Shown piece by piece: positions 26,301 to 34,699 of a DNA stretch of 64,000 nt. This DNA comes from Phoronis australis (taxonomy: Eukaryota; Animalia; Phoronida), in assembly GCA_002633005.1 (NCBI GenBank), contig NMRA01000295.1, forward strand, positions 147,124 through 211,123, read 5' to 3'. The notes below the pieces were generated by a model. It searched no databases, was not told where the DNA came from, and saw only the letters and a program-made list of their open reading frames with translations. The translations under genes were made by a program, and so were the position numbers. Numbering within the stretch: the first letter of the stretch is position 1; every line of letters starts with the position of its first letter.

Positions 26301-27553
26301 TACATTTCGCCCTGTTTAGCTGACTAAAACAAAAATTGAAATAGGCCTTTTATTCCTATAAACTCGATGTGATTAAATTTCGTTATCTAGCCAGGATTGT
26401 CCTTTCGTTACCAGCTCATCGGGCAACGCCGACATGCGTTATTTTCCGTATTCGCAAGTCAAGGGTTGATCAACAGCAAAGAAATTCCGAAGCAATTTAT
26501 TGGGGCGCTAATGATTTCGATATTCTTGTTTATAACGGAAACAGAATCCTATCGTAGTAAAGACAAAGATATTACAGTTACACCTGAATATTATCGGACC
26601 AAATCATGAGAGACGTAATTAGATTTTCGTTTTATAGTCAAATCAACAGCGCGAAATGCAGCCTAAACAAACAACGCTTGGGAAGGAATAATTGAATAGC
26701 ACGAGTCGGCTCTTCCATGACTACTTCATGAAACGTCATTTGATTTGGCCCAGACTGTGAAGATTCACCGTTTATCTTTGAGCTACACCATATCACCTGA
26801 TTGTCAAAGAATAGATACCTTTGGTAAACAGACGGGGACTGTCGGGAAGATAGCATGATAAGAGAATTACTGTTTAATACTACCCCACAGTGTTGAAGTA
26901 TTTCTGTAGATATCGTAACACAGGATGGAATGAATGTGTCACTCTTTACAGAGATAAAATAAAAATGCTATTTTGAAATAGCTACGTTGTGCATGACTGT
27001 TTTTGTATATCTAAGCATGTTAAATAGCCGTTTTGTGATACTTCCAAAGCTATCGAATTCTCCATTACGTTAGGGATTGGTTTTAAAACATGCCTCGAAC
27101 ATTTCCCTGAAAATAGCAGAAAATGGTTTTTGTCTTCAAATCCCCATTCAAGGCACAAATAGGAAAAACAAAATGTCATCGATTTTGAGATAGTTAACTA
27201 ACTGAAGTTAGATCACTTCATTTCAATCACGTGGTACTCTCAGTCTCAATCGTTTTGGAAGTAGAACACTGCATTTGTTGGTACAATTTTGGACAAAAAT
27301 GATTACCCTATTGATCTTTTTACTTTTCTAACATTGGTGTAAATACCCAGAATTTCTGAAAAGATTGTCTGGTGTTAGCTATGCCATAAACGTTGAAAAA
27401 CTGTTACCATCTACTTTAATTGGTGGTACCTATGATGAGAACCTGATGTGATTTCACCAAGTGGTAATGAAAAATTTGAGACCTGTTTCATTGGAGTTTT
27501 CTTATTTCATGTTGAGACAGGTATAACAGGAAAAAATGGTCACAAAAATACCA

Positions 27554-27589
<36 letters not shown>

Positions 27590-27826
27590 TAAGAATATAA
27601 ATAAGTAAATATAAAGTAATAGGCTACGTAGGGAATAAAATACCAATTATCACGCTCGTGACTGAAACACATTCCTTGCAGAAGTAACAAATTTGAACAT
27701 AAAATTCATAATAACCACAAATTTTACTCAAGATGTGTATACCTTCTCTTGATGTGCCTTATAGTGTCGCTCTCTCCACCTCCTCTCTAACAGCTTACTA
27801 CACGACGGGAAGCTCATCTTGGGCAT
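8239..27826 (-). CDS. CFAP97D-like (KIAA1430/Hemingway) domain plus double (8-repeat) annexin protein, 18 exons, ~922 aa
   Basis: Exons 27826-27743, 25117-25037, 24717-24599, 23959-23851, 23364-23245, 21609-21568, 20325-20262, 19974-19757, 19086-19011, 17351-17269, 16703-16454, 15091-14847, 14465-13959, 13222-13018, 12218-12070, 10787-10610, 8852-8740, 8364-8239. All are GT-AG and phase-compatible, totalling 2769 nt with no internal stop. Confidence 0.75.
8740..8852 (-). CDS. Annexin fusion gene exon (repeat 8)
   Basis: KSLKDPISFYTERIHNALDTVETDDKPLIRLIVSRSE|gtaag, the classic annexin LIRxIVSRSE motif. Confidence 0.92.
9126..10333 (-). mobile_element. Helentron-associated non-autonomous element (HINE/DINE-1-like) with internal degenerate tandem repeats
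   Basis: On -, it begins in a T-run with an ATGCGCCCACATA..TATGTGGATGCAT inverted repeat and a (GTCC)n microsatellite, continues through ~140-bp degenerate repeats, and ends ATGGGCGCAT + short hairpin + CTTGTTT. Confidence 0.7.
10610..10787 (-). CDS. Annexin fusion gene exon (repeat 7)
   Basis: DGSSLTVANNKLLQEILTKRNCWQVNAIFEEYQRLSGHTIIQGIHNSGLDDLEDPLITL. Confidence 0.88.
12070..12218 (-). CDS. Annexin fusion gene exon (repeats 6-7)
   Basis: YGKNLAEDLKGDSSGFLTELLLELTKGGRDQSDYVHLAEAKEEAKKLYN. Confidence 0.92.
13018..13222 (-). CDS. Annexin fusion gene exon (repeats 5-6)
   Basis: DLKTVLESELGGDFEEVIIALMMTPSRYDAYCLHEAIVSLGTRDTTLIAILATRSANELKLVNQQYLK. Confidence 0.93.
13268..13870 (-). mobile_element. 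Degenerate copy of the same HINE-like family
   Basis: caatgcagagcattgatatgcac end motif as at ~9135, plus aaatttcatgaaaat and agtagtcagatcca blocks. Confidence 0.5.
13959..14465 (-). CDS. Annexin fusion gene exon (basic inter-core linker plus repeat 5)
   Basis: K/S/G/T-rich ~115 aa, then GTVKPASEMNVDKDLQDIEQALK..LIDILSGRNNEQRQQIKRKY; phase 0-0. Confidence 0.9.
14847..15091 (-). CDS. Annexin fusion gene exon (repeat 4)
   Basis: KCLSTPLLFHAEKLHNTM..FIQLLLSRFEVDLQDVRKSYKKKYSRDLPTDIKSKFKGELGNTLSILA. Confidence 0.88.
16454..16703 (-). CDS. Annexin fusion gene exon (repeat 3)
   Basis: EVDEAVVQKEAHTLYESGDGRWTSDSGVFLKVL, compare annexin repeat 3 LYEAGExxWGTDE. Confidence 0.88.
17269..17351 (-). 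CDS. Annexin fusion gene exon (end of repeat 2)
   Basis: YTNSIEDDLKLQFEGEESLFLLTALAK|gtgag. Confidence 0.82.
17965..18680. repeat. 21-bp minisatellite, >30 copies
   Basis: Unit aggctagtgtaaataggccag. Confidence 0.95.
19011..19086 (-). CDS. Annexin fusion gene exon (repeat 2)
   Basis: IIGIVEFVCTRSQASMSNIRDTYRK, compare LIEILCTRS. Confidence 0.82.
19757..19974 (-). CDS. Annexin fusion gene exon (repeats 1-2)
   Basis: PSNDSLNRTLIKRSKSHRKQVKDKFRLLYDLDLEEELRTALGNEYDCLIGALF..EDAITLKTAI. Confidence 0.85.
20262..20325 (-). CDS. Annexin fusion gene exon (start of repeat 1)
   Basis: ttttctttag|SEKEILVDQDAKLLFQGVKNL|gtaag; contains no Met. Confidence 0.8.
21568..21609 (-). CDS. Putative 42-nt linker exon between the CFAP97D domain and the annexin cores
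   Basis: ttttcttgaatttccag|PSSATSTDIDASDK|gtagtt, phase 0-0, so it could be skipped without a frameshift. Confidence 0.5.
23245..23364 (-). CDS. CFAP97D-like domain exon 5
   Basis: EEDYKKKAYYKGMWSESTKDWGIAYNAAMASTQRSRTFPE|gtattg. Confidence 0.75.
23851..23959 (-). CDS. CFAP97D-like domain exon 4
   Basis: (S)LNSSHRLKELEQIAEQNAVIAKNLQKVRPKYSVTAW, matching the KIAA1430 pattern SLN..R..E...I..EN..I..R....P.YS...W. Confidence 0.85.
24387..24560. repeat. 18-bp minisatellite, ~9 copies
   Basis: Unit tgttacctttgggtccca. Confidence 0.95.
24599..24717 (-). CDS. CFAP97D-like domain exon 3
   Basis: LEEEKQALIDYGNTVLLEKMSSILKRRGKVDNWNGYESRS. Confidence 0.88.
25037..25117 (-). CDS. CFAP97D-like domain exon 2
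   Basis: MNSMKSSIDSASPPKFPHLMLRLKKLQ|gtgag, matching the family motif D..PP....HL..KLKKLQ. Confidence 0.85.
26251..26264. promoter_or_regulatory. RFX X-box-like site in intron 1 of the CFAP97D-annexin gene
   Basis: GTTGTCATGGTAAT, with forkhead-type TGTTTAC at 26192-26198. Confidence 0.4.
27555..27588. repeat. (AAT)n microsatellite
   Basis: About 11 AAT units. Confidence 0.9.
27743..27826 (-). CDS. CFAP97D-like domain first coding exon
   Basis: accATG Kozak context with an upstream in-frame TAG. MPKMSFPSCSKLLERRWRERHYKAHQEK|gtatac, compare P..NKxLxxRW....Y..HxxK. Confidence 0.8.
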
Positions 27827-30129
27827 GGTAGTAGACTCACATGACACCAACTACAGTATACCACAGACTGAGTCACTTCAATTAGATGAAAAGCTCATTA
27901 GGAATACCAAAACTGACGACACGTTGGAGATAAAATCAGTGACTATATTCCATATTTCGGTTGGCACCAAGGCTTCAGCGCACAGTAATATATGTTCTGC
28001 GTACAAGTGTGTTTGACATTTAAATTTTGGTATTCCACTAATGTTCCCACGACACATTACAGTTCTGGATCAATTTAAGGTGTAAATATGATGTTGACAT
28101 GGTAAAAGAATCGAATACCGCAACACCACATGTTTTAGGGATTGATCCAGGCTCGCTAACGACTCTTGAGCTAAATTCCAAAGCTTATAAAAGACAGACA
28201 TTCACAGTGTCACATACCAAATGAGGCAAGTGACAAAACTACATTGTAGTATTGAATTTCACTTTACCCTCCAGCCACAATTTATGTTGACGTTTAGCAC
28301 GTACAATACATGCAAGTATTGTTGGCTTACAGCGTCCATCAGTAGTGAAAGCTTCACCACCACCAGACAGCTTCAACGCGTGATGGTAAAACGCATTACA
28401 CAATTTTGTCAGTTGAGAATATTGGCCAAAAGTTTTCACCAGTAGACTTACATTGTGGTATACTTACTTAGACACAAGCTGGTAGGCTTCTAAACGGGAA
28501 AGTCCAAATGTGTTTCTTACATTGCCTGACCGTACAAAGTAACAAAATAATACAATCGAGCCTTTCAACTCACCATACAAGGTTAAAATCTTCAAAAAGT
28601 TCAAGCGTGATAACCCATTGCAACCTTTTACTCCACTCTATTATGAATAGACGACGACATACAAGTTGGCCAACAGAAAAGAAATCACAACACACACACT
28701 ATATAATGTAAACCTGTATACTGCAACAACAATAGCAACGGCGAGCGGAATGCGTTCAACTCGGTCTGACGGTTGTTTCCCTAACGACGACCGAGTATTC
28801 TTGCCGGTCAACAAGGTAAATTGATATGCTAATACGCATCATGTAAGCTCTATACAAACACCAACCTTCCTGGGACACAGTGCGCGAGGCCTGCTTGAGT
28901 TGGTGTTGAGACGGGTAGCAAATTATTAGGACTGGAAACTTTGGCCGTTTTACTTTCTTAACATCATGGTTTTTCAATCATAAGCAAGCATTTCTGTTAA
29001 TCAATAATACATTAAGAAGGCCAACAGAAATGCCAAAGGTCGTGATGGGCTATAGAACGACCGGATTTTTCATAAAATTTGATGGGGAACTCACAATTCA
29101 CCAGGTTACCATTATATAGTGCCCAAACAAAATAGGTTAGTGCGGTAGAATTAGCGTTTTCTGCAATATAATTATGAGCTACCTTGAAGACGAACTGCAA
29201 TTTTAATTGTTGGTCTGTAATGATTGTGCAGACCTCCGTCAGGTATGAAAATTTTGATAAGCATAACCCTGTCCCATACTTCATCAAGCGAAGACTCCTG
29301 ATGCAAACATTGTTACGTTCGTACATTTAGCCACAGTGCATATAGAAAATTTGTTTAATTTCATGTTTTGAATTTAACCGTGCTTGTAGATGGCCTCGAA
29401 TGCAATAAAATATCGTAGGAGACTTGTGACACAACGGTCCCACACGTATGCATGCCTATCAGTATTTCAGGGCCGTGATCCGCAAATGAAGGACAACCGC
29501 GAGAAAAGTAGTGATGTCGTGTACTTTGCTTGTAATACATGGTGGTATCGGGGGAAGACTTACGTCAGCTTAGCTTTTAGGTCATCATCTCTCACAAAAA
29601 TACTCAACTATATACAAAACTCTCACAAAAAATTATCCACTGCCCGACGAACCTTGATTAACTGCATGACGTCAAAAAAGCATTGTTCCGCAAAAGCAAT
29701 TAATCGACAGTAACATCACGGTGATGTGCTACGGTGTGATGTCATTGTTGGTATCCAACTTTTATGCAACCGGTCTGTGATGATTTGTGATCCAGCCAGC
29801 AATGCCGAAAGATTTGTAAGGGGCCCTACGATACCGAGTTAATTAATATGGAAGAACAAACACAAAAAACAGAAAGAACGCAACAATTGGTGCTAATTTC
29901 GCGGAGGAGGTATTCAGGGTTGAGTAGCCTAATTGGAACAGGTCAATCATTTTCTTCGCAATCAGTACCAGATTATTTATTTTAAGCTAAATGACAGGGA
30001 ACCCGCCCAAAGCACAGAAGCGCCATGGAAGTTGTGTGTCGACCGGGCGACCGGTTGGGATGGGAGAAAATTGCGGCTACCTGGCAGCGTGGTAACTAGG
30101 CCTAAAGCCCAGTTTATAAGTAGCACTTT

Positions 30130-30430
30130 TATACCTGTATTTATCTTTTATTTATTGTGAATTTAGTAATTATTTTTTATTTAATTGTGTTTTCTTGTAC
30201 TTTTAGTATCTTTTATGTATTGAAATTTATTTTTTTTATTATTTATTTTGTTTCATCACTCCTTCTATCTTAGTTTCATATTCATCATTGATCATTTAAA
30301 TTTTGTCTTCCATTTTTGTAGGTCTTTTGTGTATCTTACTGTCTTTGTATGTTTTGAACGAGGGGCCCCATGGAGAGCAGTGAAAACTGAAGGAGTTACC
30401 CTATCACAATGAACAATAAATAAATAAATG
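30130..30430 (+). mobile_element. 3' end of a CR1/L2-type LINE
   Basis: T-rich 3'UTR, GC-rich stem-loop (ggggccccatggagagcag..ctgaaggagttaccct) and an (AAAT)n tail. Confidence 0.5.
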
Positions 30431-31139
30431 AGTCAATAAGCATTACTTGTGGAACTATCTGGCAAAAGACAAGTATCACGGCCCTATTAAGAGCGATTGA
30501 TGGAATGGTGGCAAAACACATTTAAATAATGAATTTTTTTTAAGACGAAGGGTGGTTTGAAAATTGTCAAATGACAGATGCCCTTCTAGGCCTACTCATT
30601 TTGCCAAGCATTCTTCGAACGTATTACAAACGAATAGGACAATCCATCCGTCAGGTTAGAGCCAAGTCGTAATGAATGCATACAGGATTTGGTAACCACA
30701 CTGTTTGTAGCCTGTCAAAGTTACGAAAGCAAGTGTTTTCGTGTTCTCAGTGCATACGTCAAACTTAGCACAGTCACTGGCGATTACTTAGTAGGTCATG
30801 CTGCGCAAAATTTCCACAAGGCCATAACTTGGAAAGATAAATTTGATATTTCCCCATTGCGTCGGTCTAGTAGTGGTGTCGATGAAAGTCGCATATCAAT
30901 GATCGCGTCCGAAATATTGTTCACGGTTTTTTTTCAACGACATGTATCAAGTATTCAAGTATTCGATCTATGCAGTGTAATTAGCTGCAGCTACAGAGCA
31001 ACAGTAGCAGTCACGACAGAAGCAGGAATAGGAGCAGAAACATTTCAATAAGATACCATACGTGACAACAAAAGATTTTTGGATGTTTAGATGAGATTTC
31101 AGAAATAATTTCGTAATGGCACTTTGACAGAGTGGTCTT

Positions 31140-31360
31140 GCTTTTACACCCGTGCGTGAACAGAACCGCGTTCACATGCGCCGGGTGTATGTCTGCATGT
31201 GTGTAAATTTACACTTGCACGACCTCTGGAGGTGATGTAATTAACCCCCCCCCCCGATTTTGTAGCTTCACACCCGGTGTACTTGCGTTTATACGGCTAA
31301 AACACAAACCGTACGTAAATATACACTCGGGTGTAAACACCATCGTATAAACGGAGCTTA
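31140..31360. mobile_element. Degenerate palindromic MITE
   Basis: Repeated tacacccg/cgggtgta motifs around a central acctctggaggt; right end cgtataaacggagct. Confidence 0.4.
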
Positions 31361-31958
31361 TGACGACTGGGGGAGCTCAAAATGCTCGAGAACAAAACAT
31401 TTTATGAAGCTCAGTGCCTCGCGAAGCCTTAATCCGACACTGCTTATAGCGGTTAGTGTGCAGGAAACTTTGAGAAAGTAACGTAAAGGTTTATCGGAGA
31501 AATGTTATGTTTCTCTCAAGATGGTTAATGTACGGGTACCACTACTATGTCAAAAGGTTTCTACAGAGTTCAAATTACAACAAAAGACAGGCTTTCAGTG
31601 AAATCTCAGTGCTTAACGGTGGGACTGTCTTGTACCTTTCTGCTCGTCTTATATGTCAAATGAAATTGAGCACTGATCTCAAACGTCAACAACTGACAAA
31701 CTACCACTTTCATGGACATTTACAGCCACATTTTTTAATACTGGGGGGGGGGGGTCATCTTGTCAAACAAGTCTCAACTGTAGTGTTTAATTTTGTTCTC
31801 TTTGCGCTGTCCATCCCTAAATTATTCATTACATAAGCTATTTTAGAAAGTACGACAGTTTTGGCTACACCAATTCTATCTAGCATAGAAATACTGCGGC
31901 TTTTCCAGACATGGAAAGACTTAATTTTAAGTTGTTTATAATCAATGTTTAGTCACGA

Positions 31959-32173
31959 TAGCGGTGGTCAGTTATCTAGAGACTACAGTTCATCATCATA
32001 TAGCGGTGGTCAGTTACTTTATCTAGAGACTGTAGTCCATCACCATCTAGCGGTGGTCAGTTATCTAGAGACTACAGTTCATCATCATATAGCGGTGGTC
32101 AGTTACCTAGAGACTGTAGTCCATCACCATCTAGCGGTGGGCAGTTATCTAGAGACTACAGTTCATCATCATC
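31959..32173. repeat. ~42-bp minisatellite, 5 copies alternating between two variants
   Basis: tagcggtggtcagttatctagagact(a/g)..; variants in ABABA order. Confidence 0.9.
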
Positions 32174-33278
32174 TTTAGACTTGGCCAGAAGATTCTATCC
32201 CCTTGTCTCTGTAACGCAGTAATTCCAACTGTATCAGTCCAAACGCTTCCTCACGTAAAGGCTTTTTGACATCATGCCAGAAACATTTATAGAACCCCAT
32301 AAAGCATTACCTGATAGAAGTCATAAGTTAACCTGTCATTTCCTGGAGAATTGTTGTTCTAACAAACTGTCGTAAGTTAACCTGTAATTTCCTGGAGAAT
32401 TGGTGTTCTAACAAACTTTTAAAACCTCAGAAAATTCATCCATGTTTTAGAGGTCATTATCAACTGACCATCATTATTTTTAAGGACACTTGTACATTTT
32501 TATAATTTCTAGTCTGCAACGAAGCAATAACATTGAGCTACTTTTCCCATCTTCGATTAAACGAGCCATGTTTGTAATCATAACATGTTTATGAATTCTC
32601 TATTTTTTAATAATTCCAGATCAGGTTTTGCTTTATCAAAATTCTGAACAGTTCCTTCACCAACCCTCATTAAATTCTCCTGTTAAGGTCGTGTAGGACC
32701 CTAGACAAATGTCCAGTTTTGGTCAACTTCGTAACATCGTGTCCCATTTACACACCCTTTCACCACAAACCTAATAGGAATTGTTTTTATAAAGTTCCAT
32801 TTTTTCCTGAGGGCCTATCAAAAATATGACTTGCATGCTTTTCATGAAAAATGTTTCATGGTGCATAACACGAAAGCAACACGATAAAAAGTTAGAAAAT
32901 TGTAAGAACGTTTTTGATATTTCAACCTGAACATTTACATAGTGCGAAATTTGACCATGTTACTGATCCTGATGTTTTGCTATGAATGTTGCACCTTTCT
33001 TATCGTCACGTGACTTATTAGTGATAGATTGATATAACGTCAAAAATCAAAGTCTGATGAATTTCTAATTTTAGAAAGTAATACTTTTGCTGAGTTAAAG
33101 TCGATAGTTTTACTAAATATTTGGCTATATGTGCAGGCTTGTCTATAAGGTGCTGCATAACTTTAAGTTATTTATACGTACAATCAACACTTTTACTGAA
33201 TTGTTCCACTGGTGTTGTCAAACTGGATACTGTACCAAGAAGATATGGTGTATGGAACATTTTAACTGTAGTCTTTTC

Positions 33279-33419
33279 CATGCGCGCACCCAGGGGGGGG
33301 GGGGNNNNNNNNNNNNNNNNNNNNNNNNNNNNNNNNNNNNNNNNNNNNNNNNNNNNNNNNNNNNNNNNNNNNNNNNNNNNNNNNNNNNCCCCCCATATTG
33401 AAGGCTGGATGTGCGCATG
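33279..33419. mobile_element. Small MITE spanning an assembly gap
   Basis: TTTTC|CATGCGCGCACCCAG ... CTGGATGTGCGCATG|TTTTC (5-bp direct flank). Ns at 33305-33388. Confidence 0.6.
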
Positions 33420-33613
33420 TTTTCGTATTGAAGAATACAAAAATTCAAATTGGGAAATAGTTAAAATAAAAATACGAGAACATACCATGAGGTACTCAAA
33501 GACGATCTTCCATTTTTTTAACCAGTTATCCAGTAGGCAATTTTACTTTGTAATCTGTAGGAACTAGTATGTCACGTATGCCCTTTAGCCAGAATTTTAA
33601 TGTCATGTGCAAT

Positions 33614-33935
33614 ATAGGTGGATTTATAGGGCCCAGGGGGCCAGCTCCCCCCCCCCCCTCGTTGGCTGCCGCAAGCAAAAGGAAACAACAACAGCGCGAA
33701 GTGTGAGGAAATATGGAGTTCAGCAGCTAGGGACCGGTAGCCGGATGTGGGGTGGGGCGGAATCGTGTTCCCGCCGTTTTTTTTTTTTTAGTCAAACAAT
33801 AGAGTTTCGGAACAGAAGGTCCACATCCCCGGTCCACACTATCGGGCCGCCTGTGCAGATACAATAGCGCTTTGTCCAATTCCCTGAGACAACATGTTGC
33901 CCCTCCCCCCTTATGGTATCCTAGATCCGCCACTG
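33614..33935. mobile_element. GC-rich MITE with a degenerate left end
   Basis: Right end CCTAGATCCGCCACTG; left end aggtggatttatagg. Confidence 0.4.
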
Positions 33936-34324
33936 CGTCACGCGTGAGATTAGAATTCTGGCTCAAGAAAACACGACAGTCTCTCTATCTTTTACATCTC
34001 TTGTTCCTTGTTTGTCATTTTTTCCTAACGGACAACTGAAAGCACACAAATATTATTTACATATCTTTGGAGGTGTCCAAAAGCATGTTGGCTCTATAAA
34101 AATGACATAGGTTGAGACCGTATGAAATTAGACAATGTAGAATCATGCAAAACACTTTAAAATCCGGATTATTTATTAAAAACCCACTAGCTTTCGAGCT
34201 TTCATAGATGGGTGTGACTCTTCACTCAGGTATACTAACCACTTGCCTGACGAACACCCACTCAACTGAGTAGCCCTACAATACATTGGTTTTGCTAATA
34301 GGCTAACCTTGACCTTCCACGACA

Positions 34325-34350
34325 TTTTCCCGCCGTTTGGAATTTGGCGA
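34325..34350 (+). promoter_or_regulatory. E2F-like sites upstream of UBR7
   Basis: TTTTCCCGCC and TTTGGCGA about 230 bp before the ATG. Confidence 0.4.
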
Positions 34351-34567
34351 GCATGATGATTCTTTGTAGCATAAGTTTAAAAGTTTATAAGTAGTAAAGT
34401 TTACAAAATCTCATTATTATAATTTAATAATAGTAAATAAGCATAGAAAATATATAGTTTGTTGTTTAAAAGGTTTATTTTCTACTTCTAACTTTTTCTT
34501 TTTGAATTAGCTTTTACTGTAGAGTTATCAATTTGCAACAAGCTCGATATCAGAAAGCAGAAGAAAA

Positions 34568-34699
34568 ATGTCGCACAACACCGAAGACGAAGAAAATGCT
34601 GTGTCTATGGTAGATGTATTGGAGGAAGAGAAACAGTTAGAGGCAGATGCAAATGCTGTATTGGCCGGCAGTGATGCGAAAAACTGCACGTACCCCTTG
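34568..34699 (+). CDS. UBR7: UBR7 exon 1
   Basis: MSHNTEDEENAVSMVDVLEEEKQLEADANAVLAGSDAKNCTYPL|gtatgt. Confidence 0.92.

Noticed and set aside
33121-33567. ORFs containing X runs
   Set aside because: They span an N-gap inside a small MITE.
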